A DNA stretch of 64,000 nt from an uncultured Gammaproteobacteria bacterium (GTDB lineage Bacteria; Patescibacteriota; Patescibacteriia; Magasanikbacterales; UBA922): the NCBI GenBank assembly GCA_964394405.1, contig CAYMVY010000001.1, positions 38,546 through 102,545 on the forward strand, in the 5' to 3' direction. The notes under the pieces were generated by a model that had not been told where the DNA came from, searched no databases, and worked only from the letters and a program-made list of their open reading frames with translations. Below, in pieces: positions 41,863-52,080 of the stretch. Both the position numbers and the translations under genes were made by a program. The number at the start of each line of letters is the position of its first letter. The first letter of the stretch is position 1.

Positions 41863-41891
41863 ATAGTAGCTGTTTTAAAACCTCTTGTCAA
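41863..41891 (-). promoter_or_regulatory. sigma70 promoter (TTGACA-N17-TACTAT) for groES-groEL
   Basis: The minus strand reads cTTGACAagaggttttaaaacagcTACTAT. Confidence 0.5.
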
Positions 41892-42107
41892 GAGTTATCT
41901 GCAACCACAATTAACCTACAAAAACAAAAAGCCCGTGGCGGGAAGCAGCCTGATGCGACGACCGTAAATGAAATTCATGATGCCTGTCAGAAACACGAAT
42001 TTCGCACAGCGTCGCTTCATGCAAATGCGTCCCGCTACGAGCTCTTAGTACCCACGTACTATACGCTCGTAAACTCTAGGTGTCAACTGACAAAACCACC
42101 CCAAAAA

Positions 42108-43439
42108 TTACATTTTGTGGACATGCTGTGGAGTGCTTGTGGAGAACTTAAAAAACAGGCTACTGTAGGCAAAAAATAACATAATTCCCGGGTACAGAGT
42201 AAACACATAATGATCAAAAAAGCTAATAACTATGAGTGGTACAAAGAGGCTAAACGCCCACAAAATTCGAGTACGCCCTGACTGCTGTCGATATCCATAA
42301 ATGATAAAAAAGCCAGCAGAAAGTACGGCAAGCAGGGCACCAAGATATCCATACTCAACCAGTATGACAAACAAAACAATATGTACGGGCTGATATACAT
42401 AACCTGGTAGTTGTGGATCCTCAATATACCATGCATGGGTAAACAGTCCCCCGCCATGACCAACCGCAGGCTGTTCCAAATGAAGTCTCCACGCAACATC
42501 GAGTAAATCAGTACGCTCAACAATAGAACGTGTTTCAGAAATAGAAATAGGAATCGCGCGTGTAGACCATAGATCATGGTACAGCGCCCCAAAACACACA
42601 ACCGTTAATGTCGTTGCCACGAATAGCGGTAATAATATCCGAAAATGATGTTTGAGCGCATACACAAAAAAACCACTGCAGACAAACATATACCCAAGCA
42701 GCGCTGACCGACTAAACGTCGCACATAATGCGAACACTACAAGTGAATGCACGACGACTACCGCGAGTCGATCCCGTAATTTTTCTGCATGTAATTTGAA
42801 TATATATGTACACAATAAAATAAATACGAGATATCCGCCAAAAATATTCGGATGAGGAAAAGTCCCATATGCGCGCAACCATCTTCCAATATATTCTGAT
42901 GCTACGATAGAGGTGCCAGGGCTTGAGACAACATGCTCTGAGAGGCCAAATAAGGTTGAACTAATAGTGCTTTGGGAAAACCACTGCCACAACCCAAGAA
43001 TACTGGGGACTACTGCCCCCACCAATACAGCACCTACCCAGTCTCTCAGTGGAATGCGGGATACGAGAATAGTCGAAAGTAACAAATATCCCTCAATAAT
43101 ATATAGAGCATGACGGATTGATATATCAATATTTGGAGACCACCACGCGCTGATGAGGGTGTACAGAGGAAAAGCAATAAAAAGGAACAAAAATATCAAT
43201 CGGCTGCCTAATTTTTTCTTATTCAAATGTACACGCACCAAATCCGATCGAAGATTAAAAAAAGTTACCAAACAAAGCACCCACAAGACAGCTTCACCGA
43301 CATACAAACCGAGTGTCCCATACTGCCATACTGATCCATTAATAAATGCATGCCGATAAATCCAAATTGTCTGCCATGGCAACATAATGCCCCAAACGTA
43401 GATAAGAATTCTTTCGAGCTGCAAAGTAAACCTAACCAT
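42108..43439 (-). CDS. Polytopic membrane protein, O-antigen ligase/Wzy_C-like
   Basis: At least 10 predicted TM helices and a FSRSALLG loop motif typical of the Wzy_C/WaaL family. Confidence 0.55.
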   Translation of the reverse strand: MVRFTLQLERILIYVWGIMLPWQTIWIYRHAFINGSVWQYGTLGLYVGEAVLWVLCLVTFFNLRSDLVRVHLNKKKLGSRLIFLFLFIAFPLYTLISAWWSPNIDISIRHALYIIEGYLLLSTILVSRIPLRDWVGAVLVGAVVPSILGLWQWFSQSTISSTLFGLSEHVVSSPGTSIVASEYIGRWLRAYGTFPHPNIFGGYLVFILLCTYIFKLHAEKLRDRLAVVVVHSLVVFALCATFSRSALLGYMFVCSGFFVYALKHHFRILLPLFVATTLTVVCFGALYHDLWSTRAIPISISETRSIVERTDLLDVAWRLHLEQPAVGHGGGLFTHAWYIEDPQLPGYVYQPVHIVLFVILVEYGYLGALLAVLSAGFFIIYGYRQQSGRTRILWAFSLFVPLIVISFFDHYVFTLYPGIMLFFAYSSLFFKFSTSTPQHVHKM

Positions 43440-43471
43440 ACGGCAAAATTGAATTTTTTAGAATAAGTAGG

Positions 43472-44473
43472 TCAATTAGAATAATTTGAAACCCCCATCT
43501 TCTCCAATCTCTTATACCATTCATCTCGATACACTGTACGCCTATCATTCTCATGAAATTTCAAAACTGAATCATTGACTACTACGCGTGTATCTTTCGC
43601 ATGCACAAGACTGTGAATATTCTTCATAATCTTCCTGCGCTGTGGAGCTCGAACGAGATTCTCGAGCCAATTCCCTCGCTTACCCTCGAATAAAGATTCG
43701 ATCATTTGCACTATAGCTTTTTTGGGACTCCGTTTATCAAACGGGATATGGAGGGTGGGTTCAATATACCGAGAATTCAGGGAAAATGGAGAGAGTAATT
43801 CCTGATTCGCCCGAAGAATACTGTCTGAGAGATCATCAGGGTCATATACGGGAATCAAAGTCCAGAGCCAGTATGAAAGATAGACATCGTCCTTAATTTG
43901 AAATTTCGATATATTGAGAGCTCGATCAGCAATATAAAAACTAAGACAGATTCGATCTTTGACTTTTGTATGTGTGCGTCTAATGCCACACAATGAAAGA
44001 GCAATCGTGGTACAGATGCGTGCGGTCCACATATGTCCTGATTTCACGATAATAAACACATCCACATCACTAGTGCGATCAGCTGAATTGAAGGCAAAAG
44101 TATTGCAGACAAATACCGAACGTACAAATGGGATATAGGGCATGAGTCTTGCGGCTCTGGTCAATTTTTTCAACTTCTCATGAATATAGACACTTCGTTC
44201 ACTATGTGTATCCAAGAGATGTTCACGTCCTCGCAGATGCCACATACCATGCGTACGCGCGATATGGGAATCAACAAATTCTCGAGTCTGTAATACAAAT
44301 TCCTGAAAGCTGATTTTGGGTCGAAGTGGCGGACGATAGAGATACTCAAAAAGTTCTCGATCAGTAAGTGGATGATCAAAAATATCAAAAAAGGTAATAG
44401 CCCGGGCAATAGAGCGATAAAGTGCTTCTTCCATATACCCGTCATTGTACCTGAGGTTCATCAATAAAAGCAA
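43472..44473 (-). CDS. Hypothetical protein, possible nucleotidyltransferase fold
   Basis: 333 aa; NSADRTSDVDVFIIV resembles the [GS]x(n)DxD motif of Pol-beta-type nucleotidyltransferases. Confidence 0.35.
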   Translation of the reverse strand: MLLLMNLRYNDGYMEEALYRSIARAITFFDIFDHPLTDRELFEYLYRPPLRPKISFQEFVLQTREFVDSHIARTHGMWHLRGREHLLDTHSERSVYIHEKLKKLTRAARLMPYIPFVRSVFVCNTFAFNSADRTSDVDVFIIVKSGHMWTARICTTIALSLCGIRRTHTKVKDRICLSFYIADRALNISKFQIKDDVYLSYWLWTLIPVYDPDDLSDSILRANQELLSPFSLNSRYIEPTLHIPFDKRSPKKAIVQMIESLFEGKRGNWLENLVRAPQRRKIMKNIHSLVHAKDTRVVVNDSVLKFHENDRRTVYRDEWYKRLEKMGVSNYSN

Positions 44474-44485
44474 AACCCCTTTTGC

Positions 44486-44779
44486 TCAAGGGGTTTCGTC
44501 TTCCATTAGACCTACGGGATTCGGAGGATTGAGAGATATTTTCTTTTTTACTTCTTCGAAGTCAGTAAGCACTCGGTCTTCGACAATAAGCTTTTCTTCC
44601 TCAATTCGCACTACGCGATCGCGAGCAATAGTGACAGTGGAGACAAATCCTTTTCGGACCAGGTACTCAAGCACCATACCAGAATCACTATCAATAGAAA
44701 AATCAGCTACTCTACCTACGTGAGTTCCTGACGTGGTGTACACATGCATTTTGAGCACCTGTGAACACGCAAATTTCAT
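44486..44779 (-). CDS. PRC-barrel-like small protein
   Basis: 97 aa; VYTTSGTHVGRVADFSIDSDSGMVLEYLV pattern. Confidence 0.4.
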   Translation of the reverse strand: MKFACSQVLKMHVYTTSGTHVGRVADFSIDSDSGMVLEYLVRKGFVSTVTIARDRVVRIEEEKLIVEDRVLTDFEEVKKKISLNPPNPVGLMEDETP

Positions 44780-44787
44780 AAAAAAAA

Positions 44788-45576
44788 TTAAGAAACAATT
44801 TTTCCTTCAATAACATCGTTTTTCCCACCAGAAGTTGGCCCGCCCGGAGATACTTTATCTTTTCTAAAAAGAAGATATTGCTGTCCCGCAGCAAGAACAG
44901 TGCGGAAGAACCAATATAAGACCACGCCAGCTGGAAATTGAAAACCAATAACGACCGTAAGAACAGGCATCATATAGAGCATCTGCTTATTCATCATCGC
45001 AGCCATACTCTCATCCTTAGCCCCTTCACCTGCAACTTTTGGTGGACGCTTGGCAGTAAGCATCTTGGTCTGGACAAACTGTGCCGCACCCGCAAGTACG
45101 GCGAGAATTGCGCTCTTCCCTGCAAGATCAAAAATACCCAGACTCATTGGATCAATTGAACCTGGACTTGGGATAAACGGATAGAGGAGATCAAAAGAAG
45201 TATTTTCAAATGCGCCTTTAAATACATAAAACAACGCCAAAAAAATCGGGATCTGAACTAGTACCGGAAGACATGAACCAAATGGATTAATTTTGTGTTC
45301 TTTGTACAATTTCATGGTTTCGGCAGCCAACTTCTGCTGATCGGCTTTGTACTCCTGTTTGAGCTTTTCCAACTTTGGTTGCATCTCTGCGAGTTCTTTT
45401 TGAGCTCTAATTGATTTATTATTCAATGGGTAGAGGATAATTTGAAATAGAATAGTGATAAGCAAAATCGCAATTCCAACGTCCCCTACCAAATTATAGA
45501 ACCATACGAATAGATTGAAAATCGGTTGATAGATAATCGTCGTAAAAAACTCTTTCATAGCAAAAAATTTATACAT
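44788..45576 (-). CDS. yidC: Membrane protein insertase YidC (short Gram-positive-type form)
   Basis: 262 aa containing the 60-kDa inner-membrane insertase core (PFGSCLPVLVQIPIFLALFYV). Confidence 0.85.
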   Translation of the reverse strand: MYKFFAMKEFFTTIIYQPIFNLFVWFYNLVGDVGIAILLITILFQIILYPLNNKSIRAQKELAEMQPKLEKLKQEYKADQQKLAAETMKLYKEHKINPFGSCLPVLVQIPIFLALFYVFKGAFENTSFDLLYPFIPSPGSIDPMSLGIFDLAGKSAILAVLAGAAQFVQTKMLTAKRPPKVAGEGAKDESMAAMMNKQMLYMMPVLTVVIGFQFPAGVVLYWFFRTVLAAGQQYLLFRKDKVSPGGPTSGGKNDVIEGKIVS

Positions 45577-45749
45577 TAGTATTGACCGAGTATACCATGA
45601 TATGATGACATTATCAAGCTGTGTAGTGGCCCGTTAAGCGAACTTCTTGATTCCGCCTGATAAACACTTTATACTCTTGTTAGTAAAATATAAAAATGTT
45701 TGCACATCAGTAGCTATATGACATTTTAAAAAATTTTAACCTATAGACT

Positions 45750-46091
45750 ATGAGTCATGAAAGACCAACGCCACCTCCTTCAGAAGTGGAACCAAAGCCA
45801 GTAGATATTTCCGATCGTGTAAGAGCTCTATTTGAGATGCCGAGGCCAAGGGGAATGGACTTTATGAAAGCAAAATTTGCTCTCCAAAAAGAATTACAAG
45901 ATAATCCACCAACCGCCCTTACACTCACACTCGATTATACAACGCTGGATGACGCAAAAACATTGAAGTGGTTACTTCAATCTGAACAAGGTAATAAATG
46001 GAAATTTGCAATTCGCGCCAATGAATCACAAGAAAAGGAGGCAGCTAATGTTTTTGCTTCTGGTGTAGAGTGTATACGAATAGACGAATAA
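45750..46091 (+). CDS. Hypothetical protein
   Basis: 113-aa ORF followed by a strong terminator; no recognizable domain. Confidence 0.5.
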   Translation: MSHERPTPPPSEVEPKPVDISDRVRALFEMPRPRGMDFMKAKFALQKELQDNPPTALTLTLDYTTLDDAKTLKWLLQSEQGNKWKFAIRANESQEKEAANVFASGVECIRIDE

Positions 46092-46111
46092 AATTTTCAA
46101 AACCTCACATT

Positions 46112-46144
46112 AAAACACCCCGTATACACGGGGTGTTTTAATTT
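46112..46144. terminator. Bidirectional intrinsic terminator
   Basis: aaaacaccccgtatacacggggtgttttaattt. Confidence 0.7.
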
Positions 46145-46168
46145 CAAATTCAACTCAATCTTTAATCT

Positions 46169-47464
46169 TTATTCTTCTTTCTTTTCTTCTAAAACCTCTT
46201 CAGCTTTAGATTCTACTGGTTCAGTCTCTTCAGCTTTCTCCCCTTCTACTACAGTAGCCTCAGTATCTGCGGGTTTCTCTACCACTACCTCACCATCTTC
46301 GCTCGTCACTACCTGGGTCCCATCTTTTTCAACTACTTTGATTTTCCAGCCTGTAAGTTCAGCAGCAAGGCGCACATTCTGCCCCCCGCGTCCGATTGCA
46401 AGAGAGAATTGATCAGCATCAACAGTCACAATTGCCTCCTTCTCAGCTTCCTTCAATTCAACACTTGCGACTTTTGCAGGTGAAAGCGCAGCTTTAATAT
46501 ATGTCTCTGCATTTTCATTATAGAGAATCACATCAATCTTTTCTCCACCAAGTTCATCAATAATGGTTGTGATTCTACTTCCTCGCTGTCCGACACATGA
46601 ACCAATAGGATCAATTGACTCATCACTCGTAGTAACTGCGACTTTTGATCGATTGCCTGGATCGCGCGCAATACCTTTGATTACCACCTCGCCCGACGCG
46701 ATTTCTGGAATTTCTTGTTCGAATACAAATGATACCATTCGCTTATCTTTTCTCGACAATATAATCTCTGGTCCACGAATACCGAGAGCTACAGAAGACA
46801 CATAAAATTTCATACGTGCACCGAGGGTATAGCGTTCACGGAATACCACCTCGCTTTGAGGCAATATGCCTGTAATCTTACCCAAATCAATTACATAGCC
46901 TCCAGTATGTCGATCACGACGTTGTACAACTCCAAATACGATATGTCCTTCTTGTTTTTTGAAATCTTCAAATACAGTATTTCGTTCTGCTTCACGAAGT
47001 TTCTGGATAATCACCTGCTTTGCAGTCTGAGCAGCCATGCGCCCAAAATCTCCTGGAACCTCAAGATCAATTTTAATAATTTCTCCTAGCTTTGCATTTT
47101 TCTTATGTTCTTTTGCCTGAGAAATCATGATCTGAGTTTTTGGATTAAACCGCACCAAATCAGCAACTTCTTCTTCAGTGAGGTCACGACCCTCTTTTCT
47201 TACTTCCTCACGACGTCGTGCGAGCTCTTCCTGATCATGAAGAAGTGTTTCTTCAGAAATATCCTCAACCACTTCTTTTTCATCCCACACTTTCATATCC
47301 CCTGTTTCAGGATCAAAAACCACCTGAATATTCTGTTGTTTGTTCCCAAAGTCTTTACGATATGCAGCACCGAGCGCTGACTGAAGAGCCTCCATAACAA
47401 TATCGTATTGGAGACCTTTTTCATCGCAGATGTACTGAATGCTTTTACTAATTTCTGATGACAT
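46169..47464 (-). CDS. nusA: Transcription termination/antitermination factor NusA
   Basis: N-terminal domain, S1 and two KH domains, plus an acidic C-terminal tail. The start was set at MSSEISKS. Confidence 0.88.
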   Translation of the reverse strand: MSSEISKSIQYICDEKGLQYDIVMEALQSALGAAYRKDFGNKQQNIQVVFDPETGDMKVWDEKEVVEDISEETLLHDQEELARRREEVRKEGRDLTEEEVADLVRFNPKTQIMISQAKEHKKNAKLGEIIKIDLEVPGDFGRMAAQTAKQVIIQKLREAERNTVFEDFKKQEGHIVFGVVQRRDRHTGGYVIDLGKITGILPQSEVVFRERYTLGARMKFYVSSVALGIRGPEIILSRKDKRMVSFVFEQEIPEIASGEVVIKGIARDPGNRSKVAVTTSDESIDPIGSCVGQRGSRITTIIDELGGEKIDVILYNENAETYIKAALSPAKVASVELKEAEKEAIVTVDADQFSLAIGRGGQNVRLAAELTGWKIKVVEKDGTQVVTSEDGEVVVEKPADTEATVVEGEKAEETEPVESKAEEVLEEKKEE

Positions 47465-47574
47465 ATACACAATAATTACACTGACTAAATTTGAGTTTAA
47501 AAAAAGCAGCATTTGATGATGCTACTTACATAAATAATACTACCACAGAAATATATATTTGTCAATAATGTGTC

Positions 47575-47961
47575 TCATCTCGGTATTTCATAATGATACA
47601 TTTTTTGATCCTCTCCACTGCCATAAATACTCACCTGTTCAAACTGTATTGGCGTATGATCGACATCAATTCCATGCAGAAGACAGTATTTCCTCGCAGA
47701 ATTCACCATATTTCCCTGTTTCTTTTTGCCAACCGACCGCTCAGCGCTCCCGTCATCGACCGCGCGATATTTCACCTCAATAAAGCAGAGCGTCCGTCCA
47801 AAATACACTTTCTCATGCCACGCGATAATATCCGTCTCACCCGTGCGATTAGAAAAATTTCGCTCAATAATTTCATACCCCTTTTGTAATAAAAAATGAG
47901 CAGCTATTCGCTCGCCACGTGTCCCGATCTTCCGTGTATTTTCCCTCCCCCCTTGATGCAT
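47575..47961 (-). CDS. yraN: YraN-family (UPF0102) PD-(D/E)xK endonuclease
   Basis: GERIAAHFLLQKGYEII ... TGETDIIA ... IEVKYR. Confidence 0.75.
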   Translation of the reverse strand: MHQGGRENTRKIGTRGERIAAHFLLQKGYEIIERNFSNRTGETDIIAWHEKVYFGRTLCFIEVKYRAVDDGSAERSVGKKKQGNMVNSARKYCLLHGIDVDHTPIQFEQVSIYGSGEDQKMYHYEIPR

Positions 47962-47962
47962 A

Positions 47963-48556
47963 CTAATGCCGAAAAAGCACTAAAGCCCGATGATAAGGAC
48001 CGACCGCAGTATCCTCTTGAATGGCAAAATTATTATCCCTCGCCCACGAAACGATCTCATCGAAATTCACCATCTTATTCTGAGAAGGACCGAGTACAGA
48101 AAATTTCTTCCTCCAGTCAACAATAATAATCCTACCCTTTTCTTTGAGTACACGCGTCACCTCTCCAAGCGGCGTTGTATATGAATCAAAATGATATAGT
48201 ACATTAATAAAAAACCCAAGATCAAGTGTCCGCTCGGGAATTGCAAGACCTTGTGCCTGTCCCAAATCCGCCCAAACTGTTTCAACATTATGTATTGCTT
48301 CAAGCGCTGCGCGTTTCCGCACATTCTCAAGAACATCTTTCAAAATATCGACCGCATATACAACACCCCGATCCCCCACAATCTGTGATGCGGGGAACAC
48401 AATATGGCCCGTTCGCCCGCAACCCAAATCTGCAACATGCATTCCCTCAATTACACCACCCTTTTTGAGCAATACATGAGGATCGATCAGATGATTTCCC
48501 GTGTGATATGTCATAAAATCGTAAAGTCTGTAAAGTCGTAAAGTAATAGTATACAT
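47963..48556 (-). CDS. Class I SAM-dependent methyltransferase
   Basis: Motif I VADLGCGRTG. Confidence 0.8.
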   Translation of the reverse strand: MYTITLRLYRLYDFMTYHTGNHLIDPHVLLKKGGVIEGMHVADLGCGRTGHIVFPASQIVGDRGVVYAVDILKDVLENVRKRAALEAIHNVETVWADLGQAQGLAIPERTLDLGFFINVLYHFDSYTTPLGEVTRVLKEKGRIIIVDWRKKFSVLGPSQNKMVNFDEIVSWARDNNFAIQEDTAVGPYHRALVLFRH

Positions 48557-48598
48557 TATGTATTTACTTTATGACTTTATGGACTTTTGACTTTCCGA

Positions 48599-48847
48599 CT
48601 AACGTGCACCACCAATAAATAATTTTCCAAACACACTAAATAAAATCTCACCCAAAGCTCCGGTTAGTGCAAGGACCGCACCCACGATAAACAAAATACC
48701 AAGCAATTTATACATAAGTCGAGTTCCTCCTCCACCAAACTTTGCCTCAGCCCAATCACTGTATCCAAAATTTTCAATAAACCACGAAGTTTTAATCACC
48801 ATAAATGCGCCGAGAACAATCACCAAACTACCTAAAAAATATTTCAT
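48599..48847 (-). CDS. Small membrane protein (2 TM)
   Basis: 82 aa, hydrophobic. Confidence 0.45.
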   Translation of the reverse strand: MKYFLGSLVIVLGAFMVIKTSWFIENFGYSDWAEAKFGGGGTRLMYKLLGILFIVGAVLALTGALGEILFSVFGKLFIGGAR

Positions 48848-48857
48848 ACAAACGAAT

Positions 48858-50450
48858 CTATGGAGTACTAAATGTCACCGGAACAGTATAGGTATAGTCA
48901 TGTTCAGGTAGACCAGATGGATTATCTTTCTTAAAAGAAATCTTTCCCATAGGTGTAGTCGGATCATCAATCTTAGAAAGAGTTACAGAAAAAGGCACAA
49001 AATTCTCGGTCATCCAATCAGCTTGTGCCTCGGCAATACCCTGTGCGACTATTGTTCCAATATCATCAGTCACCACGACAGGAAAGCTCGCCTCAAAAAA
49101 CATAGTGCCACGAGCTCTCCCCGTAAAAACAATTGACGAGAGAGTTGCATTATATATATACGTTTCTCCAGTTTCAAAATAATTCTCAAAATCATCAACC
49201 ACAATAAGTTCACTATCTTGCGGAGAAGGCACGTCAGTTCGAAATACTCGATAGATTACTCCTGCATGATCATCACTAATATACAATGAACCATTCATAA
49301 ATTTCACGTCTACAGGCCTCCCCAAGGCTTCATTGTTCTTGGTCAACCACCCCTCAATAAAAGGTTCTTCACCGACAATATGCCCCTGCTCGTTCAAAAA
49401 AATACGTACGATCGAATAACCAATCGGGGAACTACGATTCCATGAACCATGATACGCGACAAGCAAATCAAGCCAGTATTCATCAGGCCAAAAACTCTCT
49501 TCTGGAATAAATGCAAGACCAAGAGGTGCGACATGTGCAGGAAGATCATAGGTACTCGGCGTCGTTAATGCGCATGGATCCATGATATACGTTTTTGTAT
49601 CAAATTGAACGTCGTGGATACGATTGCCATAGCACACAGGCCAGCCATAATTATTCCCTTTTTCAATAACATTCAACTCATCAGGAGGAATAGTATCTCC
49701 GAGCAAATCACGCCCCATCTCAGTTGCCCAAATCTTTCCATCCACTGGATTCGTAGCCAAAAATACTGAATTACGTAATCCCGTAGCATAGGGAATGAGT
49801 TGCCACGTATCAACATTTTTTTCTAACTTCTGAATTGAAGCGCGCAAACTAGATTCTTCCTCGCATACATTGCATGAAGAGCCAATGGATACCAATATCT
49901 CACCTTGTGGTGAATATGCAAGCGAACGAGTAAAATGAATACCCGTATCGCCGGTCAAATCGACTAATGTATTCATTGAATCATTTGAGGGGACTACTGG
50001 ATCAGTGCTACCGGGAGTATACGGAACCTGGACCGAAGAAATCTTATCTGCCTCTGCAATATACAAGGTATCAGGAAGAGAATTGTCGAATAACAGTCCA
50101 TGTGGTTTGTTGAGCCCAGTCAATACATCAATCTTTTTTACCATTTTCCCATCCTGAATCGCCAAAAAAGAAACGATACCTTCTTTGGTACGAGATACCC
50201 ATATATTCCCATATCGATCAAAGGCGATTACTCGAGCTCCAGACAAATCTTTTGCAAATACCTCAATCTTGAAGCCCGGAGGAAGAACGAGCGGACTCTC
50301 GGTAGGATTGGTAATCACATCGCCAATAGAATACGGCGGATCAAAAATTGCAGTTTTTGCGCCACGAAGGTGTTTGTAATAAAAAATACCAATATAGGTA
50401 CTAATCGCTAGAGCGAACAGCACGGGCAAAATAATAAAAATTTTTTTCAT
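48858..50450 (-). CDS. Membrane-anchored PQQ-type sugar dehydrogenase-like beta-propeller protein (GSDH family)
   Basis: N-terminal TM followed by a glucose/sorbosone dehydrogenase-like propeller (PGFKIEVFAKDLSGARVIAFDRYGNIWV) and an extra C-terminal domain. Confidence 0.55.
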   Translation of the reverse strand: MKKIFIILPVLFALAISTYIGIFYYKHLRGAKTAIFDPPYSIGDVITNPTESPLVLPPGFKIEVFAKDLSGARVIAFDRYGNIWVSRTKEGIVSFLAIQDGKMVKKIDVLTGLNKPHGLLFDNSLPDTLYIAEADKISSVQVPYTPGSTDPVVPSNDSMNTLVDLTGDTGIHFTRSLAYSPQGEILVSIGSSCNVCEEESSLRASIQKLEKNVDTWQLIPYATGLRNSVFLATNPVDGKIWATEMGRDLLGDTIPPDELNVIEKGNNYGWPVCYGNRIHDVQFDTKTYIMDPCALTTPSTYDLPAHVAPLGLAFIPEESFWPDEYWLDLLVAYHGSWNRSSPIGYSIVRIFLNEQGHIVGEEPFIEGWLTKNNEALGRPVDVKFMNGSLYISDDHAGVIYRVFRTDVPSPQDSELIVVDDFENYFETGETYIYNATLSSIVFTGRARGTMFFEASFPVVVTDDIGTIVAQGIAEAQADWMTENFVPFSVTLSKIDDPTTPMGKISFKKDNPSGLPEHDYTYTVPVTFSTP

Positions 50451-50460
50451 AAAACTAAAC

Positions 50461-51219
50461 TTAAAAAGTTACAAAGCGTCGCAACCCTCGACCGCCAAAG
50501 ATGGTAGTTGAAATTGACGAGGAAAGATGTCCTCCACGCTTTTTCATCACATACTCGCAACCTGTAGTTTCTATAAACTGCTCTATAGCCGGTAATGATA
50601 CTATCATATCATCTTTTGCGTGTAGAATAAACAATTTCTTTGAATTATATTTGTTTATATGCGCGATTGGATTAAAAAAATCCACTTCCCTACCCAATCG
50701 GTCAAAATCGTGATCAGAAAAACGATACGCTTCTCCAAATCCGTCTCTAATCTCATTTTTTACACCAGATAACGGTTCAATAGTATTTTTAAGCTCTGCT
50801 GCCCAATCCACAACCGGAGAAATTGCGACGGCTTTATCAACTTCAGGATACAAGGATGAAAGCAAGGCGACGGCACCACCAAAACTTGCACCCATCACAA
50901 TTACTTTTTGAATATGTGGTGTGTATTCTGTGTGATCGTATACATTACTCACTGTTTCTGCACGAATAACCCGAGCGACTTCTATAATATCATCCGTTGG
51001 GTCATGATCAAGAAACCTGCCAGAGCTCTCCCATGTGCCCTTGTATCGCGGATGAAATACCCAAAAACCTTTTTTTGACCAATACTCAAGCACATGTCGT
51101 TTTGAAGGGACACTAGGAAGACCATCGCACACAACAATAGCCCGGTCACTTGTTCCATGACGGGGAGGAAGAAATTCAGTGACAATATCCTTGTTAATAC
51201 GAAGACGCATGGGTTTCAT
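50461..51219 (-). CDS. Alpha/beta-fold hydrolase
   Basis: GxSxG nucleophile elbow VIVMGASFGGAVALL. Confidence 0.65.
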   Translation of the reverse strand: MKPMRLRINKDIVTEFLPPRHGTSDRAIVVCDGLPSVPSKRHVLEYWSKKGFWVFHPRYKGTWESSGRFLDHDPTDDIIEVARVIRAETVSNVYDHTEYTPHIQKVIVMGASFGGAVALLSSLYPEVDKAVAISPVVDWAAELKNTIEPLSGVKNEIRDGFGEAYRFSDHDFDRLGREVDFFNPIAHINKYNSKKLFILHAKDDMIVSLPAIEQFIETTGCEYVMKKRGGHLSSSISTTIFGGRGLRRFVTF

Positions 51220-51305
51220 AAACAGTAGTTACACTGAAAATTATTCTAATTAACCTAATTGTTCTAACCAATACACTTAATAACTTTTAAATTTTAGAAT
51301 AATTT

Positions 51306-52070
51306 CTACGTTCGAAGTCTCCATCCGATCGAAAATAGTCTCCACACCAAGCCTCCACAAACAAGAATAAGACCAACAATGACAAGCCAGCCAATAAGCG
51401 CACTCCCCTCTCTAATCCCGACCATCGCATATCGAAGCCCATCAACAAAATAAAAAAATGGATTGAATTTCACAAAAACCTGTATCTTCTCCGGAAGCAT
51501 GGTAACGGAATTGAACACTCCCCCAAGAAAAGTAAGTGGGGTAATGACAAATACACTTAATACCGAGAGTTGTTCAAAATTTTCAGCCCATAGTGCAACA
51601 AGAAGTCCAAGCAATGAAAAAATAACCGAAACCGCAATCGTATACAAAAGAAATAATCCAAGGTGAGTGATGGTCGCTGCACTAAAAATAAGAGCAATCG
51701 CATATACGCCCAACCCGACAATCACTCCACGGGCCACACCACCAAGCACATAGCCGACAATCATTTCAAAATGTGACAATGGAGCAACCAATATTTCCTC
51801 AATATGTTTTGCAAAACGCTGAAAATACAGTGATGAGGATGTTTGTGCAAAGGAGGAACCAATCAAATTGAGCATGAGAATTCCCGGCAATACAAAATCA
51901 ATATAGGTAACTCCCGCAATGAGATCAATCTTACTTCCCACCACTACCCCAAAGATGAGGATATAGAGAAGCGCATTAATCCACGGGGAAAGAAGCGTCT
52001 GGATATACACCCGAAACGATCGTTGTATTTCTCGCTCAATAAATGTTTGAAGACCAATAATATTCATCAT
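51306..52070 (-). CDS. ABC-2 type transporter permease
   Basis: 254 aa with 6 TM helices. Confidence 0.8.
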   Translation of the reverse strand: MMNIIGLQTFIEREIQRSFRVYIQTLLSPWINALLYILIFGVVVGSKIDLIAGVTYIDFVLPGILMLNLIGSSFAQTSSSLYFQRFAKHIEEILVAPLSHFEMIVGYVLGGVARGVIVGLGVYAIALIFSAATITHLGLFLLYTIAVSVIFSLLGLLVALWAENFEQLSVLSVFVITPLTFLGGVFNSVTMLPEKIQVFVKFNPFFYFVDGLRYAMVGIREGSALIGWLVIVGLILVCGGLVWRLFSIGWRLRT

Positions 52071-52080
52071 AAAAAGGAAG

